Part shown: piece after piece, positions 45,949 through 56,076 of the stretch
Layout of the letters: every line of letters begins with the position of its first letter
Position numbering within the stretch: the stretch's first letter is position 1
IMG/VR virus record: IMGVR_UViG_3300034082_004296
Span: 32,001 to 96,000 of that record
From: a virus
DNA length: 64,000 bases
Strand: one strand, 5' to 3'
Translations under genes and position numbers: made by a program
The notes under the pieces: generated by a model
What the model was told of the DNA's origin: nothing
Databases searched by the model: none
Seen by the model: the letters and a program-made list of their open reading frames with translations, nothing else

Positions 45949-46041
45949 AACTTAGTTTTTATTTTTATACATGTTACTTTTAAAAAGTTTCGATTTTTAA
46001 ATAAAACTTTGCTAGCATCATACAATGTATAACTAGTTTGA

Positions 46042-47709
46042 CTAAATTTTAATTATTTCCATTTCTGAGAAATGATCCTTCTGATTTACTAATATTCGAT
46101 GATCAAAAAGTTCTTCAGGTAGAGATTCATGAGAAACAACAAAGATTGTCATATTATATTTGGTTGAATACTCTTTAAGGATTGATATTGCACGATAAAC
46201 ATTTGTCTTATCTAAAGAACTAAAGATTTCATCAAGAAACATTACGTTCATGGTGCTGTGCTTCATTTTAATTATTTCAATAAACGCAAGCAATACAATA
46301 AGGTTCATCTTTTTTCGCTGCCCACTGGATAAACTCTCAGGAGAGATTTGCATTCCTAAATAAGTAATATGTGGATCAAACTCATTATCGAATTCAAATG
46401 AAAACTTAAATTCTAATTTTTCAGAGATCTCAAGAATCCTAGCATTTAGGGTAGGAATAATTCGGTCAATCATATCACGTTTGATTCCATTTTCAGATAG
46501 AAGATCATCTAAACTTAGTGAAACTGATCTGGTAGAATTTAACTTATCGATTGCGTGTGAATCCTCGCCTATTTGATCCTCTAAGCTCTTAATTATCCCA
46601 GAGATAGAAGATATTTCTTCTGATCCATCATTCTCCTGAGCAGCCTCTAGTGAGGACTCTAAAGCTTGTAATTCAGCCTTCTTATTGAAATAATTAGAAT
46701 CAATATCACCCCGATCTAATAATAATGAAGTTAAGCTCTCATTGATCTCATCAGCTAATTTTTTCTTATTAACTAGTGATTCTTTTAATTTAGTAATCTT
46801 CTCTTCGATCTTTTCTTTTATCTCGATTGAAGAATCAGATTTTAAATCATTAAGACAGTGAGGACATCGGTTTTTAGCGTATATTGTGAGTCGGTTCGAT
46901 AAGTCTCTAATCTCTGAATTTATTGTAATAACCTCCTCTTGAGCGGCTTTATTTGTCTTGGTTTGAGAATCAATTTTATCTTTAAGTTTAGTCTTTAAGA
47001 CTAGAGCTGCAGATACTTCTACCTTTTTATTGGTGATATCAAGGGTAAGCTTATCAGTAAGAGCCTCCTTCTTTTTGCTCAGTCTCTCTTTTAGTGCCTC
47101 AAGTTGAGCTTCATAAGTTTCTAAATTAGATTGACTGCTTTTTAGAGTAGCTGAGTGAATATCAAGATCAGATTTATTTTCCTTCAATTCCTCCTTTACT
47201 CTACTCCGCATATCAGAAAGAATATCAATTCCAAATATTCGATCAACAATTTTTCGTTTATCATCTTTGCTTAGATTTACAAATGATTTAAAATCATCAA
47301 ATGAAAGACTAATAGTATTACAAAAAACTGAAAATGGAATACGTGAAAGTTCCTCTTCAATAAACTCATCGACTTTTCTCTTATCTGGTAGATTAAATTG
47401 AGAGCCGTTTATTTTAATATCACTAAAGTTTGGATCAATTCCTCTGTCAAGCTCAACAATCTCACCAGAGTTGGTAACAAACTTTACGTTAGTATAGGCA
47501 TTTCGATTTATCCAATTTGGGATATCTTTCATTTTACGAATAGCCGAACGTCCATATATTGAGACGGTCAGCGCTTCTTTAATTGAAGATTTACCTGCAC
47601 CATTTTCTCCCTCAACTAGGATTAGTCCTGGTTTATCGTCAAACTTAAATGTTTGTAACATATTACCATAAGATAATATGTTTCTATATGAAAATTCTAT
47701 TAGTCTCAT
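46042..47709 (-). CDS. Rad50/SbcC-like recombination ATPase (gp46)
   Basis: GENGAGKS, CPHC zinc hook, LSSGQ signature, FLDEIF, VSH. Confidence 0.95.
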   Translation of the reverse strand: MRLIEFSYRNILSYGNMLQTFKFDDKPGLILVEGENGAGKSSIKEALTVSIYGRSAIRKMKDIPNWINRNAYTNVKFVTNSGEIVELDRGIDPNFSDIKINGSQFNLPDKRKVDEFIEEELSRIPFSVFCNTISLSFDDFKSFVNLSKDDKRKIVDRIFGIDILSDMRSRVKEELKENKSDLDIHSATLKSSQSNLETYEAQLEALKERLSKKKEALTDKLTLDITNKKVEVSAALVLKTKLKDKIDSQTKTNKAAQEEVITINSEIRDLSNRLTIYAKNRCPHCLNDLKSDSSIEIKEKIEEKITKLKESLVNKKKLADEINESLTSLLLDRGDIDSNYFNKKAELQALESSLEAAQENDGSEEISSISGIIKSLEDQIGEDSHAIDKLNSTRSVSLSLDDLLSENGIKRDMIDRIIPTLNARILEISEKLEFKFSFEFDNEFDPHITYLGMQISPESLSSGQRKKMNLIVLLAFIEIIKMKHSTMNVMFLDEIFSSLDKTNVYRAISILKEYSTKYNMTIFVVSHESLPEELFDHRILVNQKDHFSEMEIIKI

Positions 47710-48818
47710 TAATCGTATTGTTTGGTGTTTCTCAAAGAATCGTAGATTTCTTTAAAACGGTCTACTATTTTTTGAGACTGATGTGATGGAAGATTCATTA
47801 TCTTTATTCTCTCATCAAGTAGAGTAAAGATATTATATTCATAATTTGAATCTATTTCAATATCGCTCTTTTCTCTTAATTGATCCTTTGAATAAGAGCC
47901 TAATTCAAGACGACGATGTCCATAATCTTTTACAAGTTCAGTAAATTGAGATATTGGAAACTTTTTTGAAAATTCAGATTCTATTAAAACATCAATAAAA
48001 TTATTATTGAAGAGTTCACGAATATCTTCAGGAGTCTCATTTAATAGCTCAAAGATATCAAATTTTAGATGTTTTGGAGAAAAGTGATTTGGCACAAATT
48101 TTTCTTGTACTTCTTTTCCACTAACATCTAATACGTAGAAACCTTTAGTGTTTCCTCGATCTCCTCTATCCATTTCATATGGAGTTCCAACATAGAGAAC
48201 ATTTCCTTTTTCTTGGCGAATATGAATATGTCCAGAATAAATTCTAGAGAATGATTGGATATCTTCCGGTTCTAGGCCATGCTCAAGCTTTTGAACTTTA
48301 TTAAAGTTAAATCCTTTAAAATCAGTATGGCAAAATACGTATCTAGCTGAGATATTCTTTTGAATTTGAGCTTTAAGTTCAGGTAGATTCTCAATCCACG
48401 GTAACATTAGAAACTTATGAGAATTTATCGATAATATTTCCGGTTTTGAGTATACTTGGAAATTAGGATATATTTTATCAAATCCTTCTAGTGAATGAGT
48501 ATCAGTTCGATCTTTATAGTATACGTCATGGTTACCAAGAATTACAAAGACTCCTCTTTTAAATTTTTTAGTAAGTACTTCAGCTATCTTTAGGGATAGT
48601 TTATAGATACGTACATTAGTAGATTCCCTAACGTGATTCCAATCACCAACTTGGACAAGTATATCTGTTTCTGGATTAAATCCTTCTTCATCAATCATTT
48701 TAATAAAATGATCAATTAGATATTGACTTTGAATTTCAGACCATTCAACTGAATTGTTTCGTATACCTAGGTGAAGATCACCAAGTACAAATATTTTTCG
48801 AATATTGTCTAATTTCAT
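47709..48818 (-). CDS. Mre11/SbcD-like nuclease (gp47)
   Basis: GDLHLG, VGD, GNHD, SGHIH. Confidence 0.93.
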   Translation of the reverse strand: MKLDNIRKIFVLGDLHLGIRNNSVEWSEIQSQYLIDHFIKMIDEEGFNPETDILVQVGDWNHVRESTNVRIYKLSLKIAEVLTKKFKRGVFVILGNHDVYYKDRTDTHSLEGFDKIYPNFQVYSKPEILSINSHKFLMLPWIENLPELKAQIQKNISARYVFCHTDFKGFNFNKVQKLEHGLEPEDIQSFSRIYSGHIHIRQEKGNVLYVGTPYEMDRGDRGNTKGFYVLDVSGKEVQEKFVPNHFSPKHLKFDIFELLNETPEDIRELFNNNFIDVLIESEFSKKFPISQFTELVKDYGHRRLELGSYSKDQLREKSDIEIDSNYEYNIFTLLDERIKIMNLPSHQSQKIVDRFKEIYDSLRNTKQYD

Positions 48819-49042
48819 CCTTGAGTTGCTAACTGGTCAATATCTATTACTTTTGAAATACTCGTAAGTTTTGCTAAAAACGCAGTAAGAGCAGCAGGGG
48901 TCGCAAAAGTATAAGTGGTTGGCAGGATTGAGTTAGCATCATAGAACGTTATGTCGGTTGATGAAGTCTGTTCATACCGATATACTTGCTCAAGGTTAAG
49001 ATATACTGATCCACCTGTGTGAGTTAATTTTATCCAAATCAT
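48815..49042 (-). CDS. Hypothetical protein
   Basis: 75-aa ORF, translationally coupled to its neighbours. Confidence 0.65.
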   Translation of the reverse strand: MIWIKLTHTGGSVYLNLEQVYRYEQTSSTDITFYDANSILPTTYTFATPAALTAFLAKLTSISKVIDIDQLATQG

Positions 49043-49587
49043 TAGTGTATTCTTTTTTTATGCATTTTTCCTTCTAGGAATTGGTATTTTTTATTTAGTT
49101 CAATGATTAGTATTTCCTGAATCTCAGTTTCAAGGGAATCAAAGATCTTTTTATATTCCATTGAAGATATTGAAGAGATTGCTTCTAAAATATAGATTGG
49201 ACTATAGAAAGTAATGCCCTTATTAGTAACGTCCAAGTTTTCATGAACCCTATTAAAAATCAGGTTAATGTCCTCCTTTGAAAATCTTATTTTTGCAACG
49301 GAGGAGTTTTTGTCGGTCAGCTCACTAACATACTTGCTTAATACATCGTCAGTCTTTAAAAAATCAAAGATTATATCAAGTATAAATGAAGATTCGAGCT
49401 GCTCCTCATAATCATAAAGATCCTTTAGATAATTATCGGAATAATCGGAAGATACTGATATCTTTTTTGAAAACTCATACTCATCAGAGTCTCTAAGCTT
49501 GTCTCCATTATAATAACTATTATTAAATATTTTATCTTCTCTTACCTGGTCGTCAGAGTTTTCTTCTGTGAATTCTTCGGTGCTCAT
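49042..49587 (-). CDS. Hypothetical protein, possibly late-transcription co-activator gp33-like
   Basis: Acidic N-terminus; C-terminal helical pattern only loosely gp33-like. Confidence 0.35.
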   Translation of the reverse strand: MSTEEFTEENSDDQVREDKIFNNSYYNGDKLRDSDEYEFSKKISVSSDYSDNYLKDLYDYEEQLESSFILDIIFDFLKTDDVLSKYVSELTDKNSSVAKIRFSKEDINLIFNRVHENLDVTNKGITFYSPIYILEAISSISSMEYKKIFDSLETEIQEILIIELNKKYQFLEGKMHKKRIH

Positions 49588-49601
49588 TCATAAAGATTAT
49601 T

Positions 49602-51086
49602 TTATATTGAATTAAAGAGAGCGTCATAGTCGTCCTCAATTAAGTTTTCATTTACAAACGATGGAGAGGCATTAGTTATTTCAGAGTATTCTGATCTTAA
49701 CTCATCTGCCATTCGACTCACTTCTTCATCGTCGCTATAGAATTCGCTGTTTTGTCCAACTTCTTCAGAAAGTCTAAAGTAGTCCTTATGCATAGTATAA
49801 AACTTGTAACTTTCTTCGTAACCGTTGTCTCTATTCGCAATCACTTTGATTTTCATTCTACTCTCTAATGGACTTCTCATAAGACCAAATAGAGCGTCAA
49901 CTGTGTGGATTAGACCAAATGACTCAGCTACTGAATCCATACCCAAATCAAAGTTGTCAATGTCTTCTCTACGAATCTGAGTAGCACTAATAACACACCA
50001 TTCATTTCGCATAGCAACACCTCTAAGTTCTTCAGAGATTGCTTTGATCTTTTCATATAGGCCGTTTTGAGTGTTGATTGGTTTAAGTAGGTTTAAGTAA
50101 TCAACAACGATGACTTTAAATTTTCGATTCATCTTTTGTTCTAGTCGAACAAAATAATTCTCAATGTCGATTGCAGTTGCGCCACCGGTTGGAAATTCTT
50201 TGATAACAAGTTCACCAATAGTTTGACCTGAAGCCTTAAGTTCATTTATCTTTTTCTCAATTAGCTTAGCTGCATGTTCGTCTGTGATATTAGCATAATC
50301 TTCAGACTTGATGTTTAAAATATTTGAACCGATTCTTTTCATATAGGCACGATCAGCTAATTCTACCGTGACTAGTCCAGTTGCATTTCCAGTCAAGAAT
50401 GATCGAGCTGCAATATTTCCAAGCACCATTGATTTTCCAACCTTTGGTCTACCTTGAAAAACAACTAGCGCTTTTGAATTCCAGCCACCACCCTGTACCT
50501 TATCTAAGAATGGAAATCCAGTAGGACTACCTGATTTAGAAATTTGGATATGGGATTCAGGGTTAAAGAAATTTAAACCAGTATCTGCGCTAGAAAAATT
50601 TAGAGCAAGCTTACTACTAATATCATTTCTGATTTTTTCAGAAATCTTATCAATATTTCCAGGATCAATTGGGGTAGTCTTTAAATAAGTAAGAAGATCA
50701 AATACTGTTAGGTTTAGATTTCTTAGAAGAATAAACGACCTAACGTACTTATAAAGATAATCATAATTGTATTCGGTCAAGTTAAAGGCATATAACTCAT
50801 TAAACTCGTCATCATTTAGATTAACATGAGAAAGATCAAGGTAACTCTTTAATTCCTTTCGGTTTGGAATCTTTTCGTATTCTTTAAAAAACTTAACGGC
50901 TGCCTTAAATGACTCCTGTCGATCATCCTCATTAAAATAGCTAGGCTTCATCATTGTGATTAGCTCTTCTCTTCTTAACGAATCATGATTGGATGGACGT
51001 AGGTCATTTATGTCATTCTCAGAATTAAGAATAAAATTCCAAACCATCTTTTCAAGAGAGTCAATATTTTCTGTAAAATCAATCAT
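49602..51086 (-). CDS. Replicative DnaB-like helicase (gp41)
   Basis: PTGF..LD, GRPKVGKS, IKEFPTG, VVDYLNL, SATQ, AESFG. Confidence 0.93.
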   Translation of the reverse strand: MIDFTENIDSLEKMVWNFILNSENDINDLRPSNHDSLRREELITMMKPSYFNEDDRQESFKAAVKFFKEYEKIPNRKELKSYLDLSHVNLNDDEFNELYAFNLTEYNYDYLYKYVRSFILLRNLNLTVFDLLTYLKTTPIDPGNIDKISEKIRNDISSKLALNFSSADTGLNFFNPESHIQISKSGSPTGFPFLDKVQGGGWNSKALVVFQGRPKVGKSMVLGNIAARSFLTGNATGLVTVELADRAYMKRIGSNILNIKSEDYANITDEHAAKLIEKKINELKASGQTIGELVIKEFPTGGATAIDIENYFVRLEQKMNRKFKVIVVDYLNLLKPINTQNGLYEKIKAISEELRGVAMRNEWCVISATQIRREDIDNFDLGMDSVAESFGLIHTVDALFGLMRSPLESRMKIKVIANRDNGYEESYKFYTMHKDYFRLSEEVGQNSEFYSDDEEVSRMADELRSEYSEITNASPSFVNENLIEDDYDALFNSI

Positions 51087-51417
51087 TCGTTAAGTAAAAA
51101 TAAGTTAATCCTTTTTTTGTAAAATAGATGAATTCTCCTTGAGTAGTAAGATATTCTTCGTTGATCATCGTCTTTAATGATTTAACTAAGTTTGTCTTAA
51201 AAGTTTCATCTTTTATCCTTTCACCAAAAACGTATTTTAGAGACTTGGATGAAAACTTTATGCCATCCGGGTCAATATCCTTGTCTTTGGAAGCAGCAAC
51301 CCTTATAATGTACTGTAGGATCTCAAAAAGGAGGGTAAACTCATCGCTCAATCCCTCCTCATTATATAAGTTCAGATAATACTTTATCGGTAGATCAGAA
51401 CGTAGATTCATCGTCAT
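51079..51417 (-). CDS. Hypothetical protein (winged-helix-like C-terminus)
   Basis: Between uvsX and gp41; LKTMINEEYL...IYFTKKG. Confidence 0.6.
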   Translation of the reverse strand: MTMNLRSDLPIKYYLNLYNEEGLSDEFTLLFEILQYIIRVAASKDKDIDPDGIKFSSKSLKYVFGERIKDETFKTNLVKSLKTMINEEYLTTQGEFIYFTKKGLTYFYLTND

Positions 51418-52597
51418 CGTTTAAATCATTAAGTTCACTTGTCTCTAATAGATCAATTTCATCTTGTGTTTCTGGGAATTTAAAGGTAGGCTTAATTACT
51501 TTTTCATCAAGTTCCAATAGTACGTCATGAGTAAATAATCGAGCTGAAAAAAATTCTTTGACTTGTACTAAATCACCATTGTGTCGAATAACATAATTTT
51601 TTCCAAGTTTCTTTGGTAGAAAATAGAATTTTTCTCCATCTACTTCAAATTCTGAACAGATTGATTGTTCGTCTGCTTTAAGCTTTGAAAACTCTTTTTC
51701 AGTCAATTTATTTCCTCGACCTACTCCACAATTTTCCCAACTAACAAACTGTTCAAGACCAACATATTGATTCATACCTTTATGGAAAGAGATATGGAAT
51801 TCAATGTCGATTGGTTTAGCTAAACGATTCTTTCTAGTCTTGGACCTAACGATAATTCCAGTAGTGGTTTTGGCATCGTCTCTTAAGGTACCTTTACTCA
51901 ACATCAAGATTATTGAAGCTGAAAACTCAGGACCACCACCACCAGACATTCCTTTAGGAGTGTATTGATCCATCGACGCATATGTGTGATTTGTAAAAAT
52001 AAATGGAACTTTTAAGTTAGATAGTTCAAGAGTAAATGACTTGAATAGAGATCTCATCTCTTTAGAACGAAGTCCCATATCTGATGCATTTTTACCAGCA
52101 TCCATGTCTCGCTTGCTCTTATCTGTATCCAACATTCCGACTGAATCTACAAAGATCGCAGCCTTTAATCCTGGATTTTCTCTCATCGTTTCGATAAAAT
52201 CATTGATAAAGAACTTAACATCACTGATTAAACCCATACGAAGGTATTTTAATTTTTCTAGATCTACTCCAAACTTAGTGTAGTCAGACCGGTCAATTGC
52301 ACCCTCAGTATCGATATAGAAAACGAAATAGTCTTTCTTTTGAAGTTCACGAACAGCATTTAAACAAAGAAATGTTTTACCTGCACCAGAGTCTCCAGCA
52401 ATTCCAATACTTCGAGTGTTTGGATATCCTCCAAATACTGAACCTGAAATTTGTGCATTTAAAAGATAATTTCCAGTTGGAATATAATCATCAATGTCGG
52501 AGAATCCCATTAAGGTGACTTTGGACTTTACTTTCTTTTCTAATAGATCATTGAACTTATTAAAAGCATTAATTGCGTCATTTGTTGACTTTGCCAT
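51395..52597 (-). CDS. uvsX: UvsX/RecA-like recombinase
   Basis: TGNYLLN, GDSGAGKT, DTEG, VDSVG, NHTY, GGGG. Confidence 0.94.
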   Translation of the reverse strand: MAKSTNDAINAFNKFNDLLEKKVKSKVTLMGFSDIDDYIPTGNYLLNAQISGSVFGGYPNTRSIGIAGDSGAGKTFLCLNAVRELQKKDYFVFYIDTEGAIDRSDYTKFGVDLEKLKYLRMGLISDVKFFINDFIETMRENPGLKAAIFVDSVGMLDTDKSKRDMDAGKNASDMGLRSKEMRSLFKSFTLELSNLKVPFIFTNHTYASMDQYTPKGMSGGGGPEFSASIILMLSKGTLRDDAKTTTGIIVRSKTRKNRLAKPIDIEFHISFHKGMNQYVGLEQFVSWENCGVGRGNKLTEKEFSKLKADEQSICSEFEVDGEKFYFLPKKLGKNYVIRHNGDLVQVKEFFSARLFTHDVLLELDEKVIKPTFKFPETQDEIDLLETSELNDLNDDDESTF

Positions 52598-52642
52598 AAT
52601 TAATTTGTTTTAATATATTCTACTAGAGAATGGGCAAAAGTT

Positions 52643-53200
52643 CTATTCAGAGATGTATGAAAGTAATAAAATAGAACAGGATAAGGCTAACGTATCGCAT
52701 ATCTCTCCTCTCATGACTCTGCTAAATCTTACTTTATCTATAGAGTGAAGCTTTGATTCGGGATTAAGAACTTTTGCTGTAAATCCGGACGGTTCATCGC
52801 TATAATTAGTTAGGTTGACTGCATAACACTTATAAGTCTTAGTAAAAGGAACAGTATGTTGGATTTGACCTAAATAAAAAATATCATTTACATCAATATC
52901 ATTCAATCCAAGTTCATGGTCTATGCAATCTGATAGAGACTCATGATAGGTGTTAAATTCGTCTGGTTCAAGTGTAGTTGTGATGCATCGATGGTTTTCT
53001 CCATCCAATACATAATCGTGATATTTAGCTAAGTATAAGTTTTTTATTTGGCCGTTTTCATTAACGTCAAAAGGAAGCAAACATATTGCTTCCTTTGAGG
53101 ATGAAATTCTTTTAAAGCTTCCCTTGTCTCCAGTGAAACTTAGAATCTTAAACTTATCGTCTGAATATTCTTCTTTTGAATTAAACTGATCATTCTTCAT
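52643..53200 (-). CDS. Degenerate NUDIX-fold protein
   Basis: AICLLPF..,DCIDHELGL (eroded Nudix box), YLGQI, YAVNLT. Confidence 0.5.
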   Translation of the reverse strand: MKNDQFNSKEEYSDDKFKILSFTGDKGSFKRISSSKEAICLLPFDVNENGQIKNLYLAKYHDYVLDGENHRCITTTLEPDEFNTYHESLSDCIDHELGLNDIDVNDIFYLGQIQHTVPFTKTYKCYAVNLTNYSDEPSGFTAKVLNPESKLHSIDKVRFSRVMRGEICDTLALSCSILLLSYISE

Positions 53201-53828
53201 GGATCTCGGTGATATTTACAGTAGGTCCAGACTTGCTTCTCTGAGTTTTTAGTGGAACCACCATGTCTGAGATAGCTGACTGTATTACAGTTTTATTTAT
53301 CGCTCGAAAAACGTAATCAGATAATTCACTTAAAAACTTTTCTTTGTCCTTAGCGTTACTATACATCATCTTTAGAAAATCCTGTTCAGGAAGATTCATA
53401 GTTACTTGAAGATCTATTTTACGCTCTTCTGAATTAAACATCTCAAACATATTAGTAGTAGGCTGAGCCTGTTGAAAATGTCGAGGCTGAGCATCACCAT
53501 TTTGTTCTAAAGAATTTGGCGGCATTGTCTGAGTTTGATTTACTCTAGGTTGAACAGTCGGTCTCTTTGGTCCAGAAATGGATTCAACTTCTGCTTTACT
53601 TAAAGGCTGCATGTCTCCATGTATCATGAGTAGACTTGTATTAAGTTGAGCAGTATCTACACTTGACCCATCATCAAATAGGGCAAAGAATCGGTCTCCC
53701 CTAGGCTCAATATTTCTGCAGGTAACAACTTTGCCTAATAATTCAGGACGATTTGTCTTGATCCACTGAAATTTTGCTCCAGAAAAGTTTTCCATTAAGG
53801 AAATTAGTTTATTTTCATCAAATTGCAT
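53190..53828 (-). CDS. Hypothetical protein
   Basis: Start revised to MQFDENK to avoid overlap with the upstream gene. Confidence 0.65.
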   Translation of the reverse strand: MQFDENKLISLMENFSGAKFQWIKTNRPELLGKVVTCRNIEPRGDRFFALFDDGSSVDTAQLNTSLLMIHGDMQPLSKAEVESISGPKRPTVQPRVNQTQTMPPNSLEQNGDAQPRHFQQAQPTTNMFEMFNSEERKIDLQVTMNLPEQDFLKMMYSNAKDKEKFLSELSDYVFRAINKTVIQSAISDMVVPLKTQRSKSGPTVNITEIHEE

Positions 53829-53844
53829 CTGATCTTGATTTTTT

Positions 53845-54177
53845 TTAGGAATTAAGTTCTTCCATAGTTGAGGCAGTCTTATTCTCCTCAATAGCTTTAA
53901 TAAATTCTTCATCTAACGAACCATTATTTGGAAGATTTGAGTCTGGTTGAACCAGTGTGATTGTTGAAAAGTGATCTGCTGGAATAGGATCAATCGACTT
54001 ATTCCATAGTGGATTATACATTTCGCCAGTTGAGCGATTTATTGCAAACTTATCTTTGCTTGTAGGCAAAGCTGCCATCTTTTTTCTAACCTCCTTGATT
54101 TGTTGAGGAGATGGTGAATTTTTACATGCGTCTAGAAATCCTTCTAGCCAGTTTACAAAATCTTGTGTTGTGTTCAT
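53845..54177 (-). CDS. Hypothetical protein
   Basis: MNTTQDFVNWLEGFLD. Confidence 0.7.
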   Translation of the reverse strand: MNTTQDFVNWLEGFLDACKNSPSPQQIKEVRKKMAALPTSKDKFAINRSTGEMYNPLWNKSIDPIPADHFSTITLVQPDSNLPNNGSLDEEFIKAIEENKTASTMEELNS

Positions 54178-54178
54178 A

Positions 54179-54409
54179 TTAATCGGTTATTTTAAAATTT
54201 ATCTCTTCTTTTAGTTTTTCAATGTCTAAATCATCTGCAGTGTCTGCATTTAGGACAGTCAGTGTCAGCTTTTCGATATCACTGGATCGATATGCTATCA
54301 CATAATAGTCAGTTAATTTATCTTCTAATTGAGCAATTGACTTATTAATGGGTTGTAGTTGAGTTATTGAATCTTCCGGAAAAGCAACTACGAGTATTGG
54401 CTTTGCCAT
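54179..54409 (-). CDS. Hypothetical protein
   Basis: 76-aa ORF coupled to the polymerase N-part stop. Confidence 0.65.
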   Translation of the reverse strand: MAKPILVVAFPEDSITQLQPINKSIAQLEDKLTDYYVIAYRSSDIEKLTLTVLNADTADDLDIEKLKEEINFKITD

Positions 54410-55830
54410 TATTTTGAATTTTTTAACTGTTTAATCTCACCCTGAGTCTTGATACGTTCATCATATAGACGAGTAAGAATTTTCCTAGCAACTGAATCTG
54501 TTTTACTTGAAAACATAGTATCGTTCTTAGTATGGATTTCAGTACCGTCTTTTTTAACTTTATCGGTTTTTCCAAGATAGGTATCTGGTGAGATATTAAA
54601 TTGAATTTGTATGTTAGGATACATTGATGAAAAGTCATAGCATGCAACTGCACCATAATATCCAGGAATTGGATCCTTTACATAGGCGCCGGCATAGGTT
54701 CCATCAATAACTTCTTCTCCCCAAGGAAGTTTCATCATCTTCATGTTCTTGTTTAAGAACTCACGACACATTAGAATTTCAGCAATATACACTGGACTAA
54801 ATACTTTATTTACTTCAACTTGAGCGACGTTTGCCATAGCGAAGGCAACATCCATTAGAGCTAGCTTATCTTCGATTAGTTTAACTAGAATAACGTCAAT
54901 TACGTTATACATAGTAAAAAGATAAGTATCTTTTTGAAACTCTCTAAATGAAGGATAATCGTGGTGCAATTTAGCTGTACCTAGGACAAGATCTGCAATG
55001 TAATCAAGCTTATAGTTTTCTACAACTTTATAAGGCTTCATTTTTTCAAAGACTTGCATGTAATCAAGAACTCCTAAGTGAGTAGGAATCTTGACTTTAG
55101 AAACAGTTGATCGAGTTGGCATTTTTTCCATCATATCGATCTTTAGGTTCTTACCGCGATTCATCAGATACTTCCAGTCAAATTCTGTTACATTCCAGCC
55201 AGTCACAAAATTAAAGTGGGGCATAATCTTATGGAAATAGAATTCCATTAATTCATCTTCACTCTTAAAGAACTTATATTTAATTTTGAAATCTTGATTA
55301 AAGAGGCGAGCATCTTCTGGTTTTTTAGGAACGGTTTTTCTAAAGTATTCATTGACCTCTTTTTCCATTTGAACGATCTGTTCTGGTGCAAGACCATCAG
55401 GCTGATCTTCGGTATTTAAAATAGAGAGAATGTAGGTGATGTTGTCTTCATTACAGAATGAGATCAACCCAACTGGCATTCTAGCTTTGTCTGGTTCTGG
55501 AAAAGAGTCATCAATTAATTTAATCTCAATATCGAGATATGTTTTCTTAGGAAAATTATCAAAGTTATAGACTAGCTCAAGTTCTTCAGCCGTTAATTTT
55601 TCTTGAATTAACTCTTGAATTCTAAACTGGTTCATGTATTGTCCTTGAGACTGACCCTTTTTTACAAACTTTCCATTCCAATTTTTAGTAGTGGTTGGCG
55701 TTTGAGATTCTACCCAATTATACATTTCATGGTCCATTAGTCTTTTTCTAATAAATTCTATTTTTCCATTATTGTTATAATAAGAAATTGTTAAAATATT
55801 ATCATTTAATACTTCGGCGCCAATTATCAT
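54409..55830 (-). CDS. Family B DNA polymerase, N-terminal part with 3'-5' exonuclease and motif A (gp43A-like)
   Basis: LDIE (ExoI), GWNVTEFDWKYL (ExoII), YKLDYIA, YNVIDV (ExoIII), YAGAYV, YDFSSMYPNI (motif A), NISPDT; ends at the first fingers helix. Confidence 0.93.
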   Translation of the reverse strand: MIIGAEVLNDNILTISYYNNNGKIEFIRKRLMDHEMYNWVESQTPTTTKNWNGKFVKKGQSQGQYMNQFRIQELIQEKLTAEELELVYNFDNFPKKTYLDIEIKLIDDSFPEPDKARMPVGLISFCNEDNITYILSILNTEDQPDGLAPEQIVQMEKEVNEYFRKTVPKKPEDARLFNQDFKIKYKFFKSEDELMEFYFHKIMPHFNFVTGWNVTEFDWKYLMNRGKNLKIDMMEKMPTRSTVSKVKIPTHLGVLDYMQVFEKMKPYKVVENYKLDYIADLVLGTAKLHHDYPSFREFQKDTYLFTMYNVIDVILVKLIEDKLALMDVAFAMANVAQVEVNKVFSPVYIAEILMCREFLNKNMKMMKLPWGEEVIDGTYAGAYVKDPIPGYYGAVACYDFSSMYPNIQIQFNISPDTYLGKTDKVKKDGTEIHTKNDTMFSSKTDSVARKILTRLYDERIKTQGEIKQLKNSK

Positions 55831-56060
55831 ACTTTAGGTTTAAACATTTCATTAATATGACCACATTTAGCACAAGCAATTACTGGAATTGGGACTATTG
55901 AGTCTTGATCCGAGCCTGTCATAAATCTTGAAACTTTTTTAATCATCATTTTTTCTTCAAACACCTTTCCTTGACACTCTTCACATTCCATGTATGGAGC
56001 ATCTGCTAGATTAATGTTTAATTGCGGTTGAGATTGGCCGCCGAGTTGTGTTGAATCCAT
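55827..56060 (-). CDS. Zn-ribbon protein
   Basis: CEEC...CAKCG; start revised to MDSTQ. Confidence 0.7.
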   Translation of the reverse strand: MDSTQLGGQSQPQLNINLADAPYMECEECQGKVFEEKMMIKKVSRFMTGSDQDSIVPIPVIACAKCGHINEMFKPKV

Positions 56061-56076
56061 AGTTATTATACTTTTT

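Noticed and set aside
46003-46033. Possible + strand antisense promoter into gp46 (AAAACT...TATAAC)
   Set aside because: Spacing is 12 or 19 nt rather than 16-17, so it is likely chance in AT-rich DNA.
896-55830. Split intein, intron or frameshift joining the polymerase halves
   Set aside because: No Cys/Ser-initiated intein N-block or His-Asn C-block, no homing endonuclease, and both halves have clean start and stop codons with coupled neighbours.
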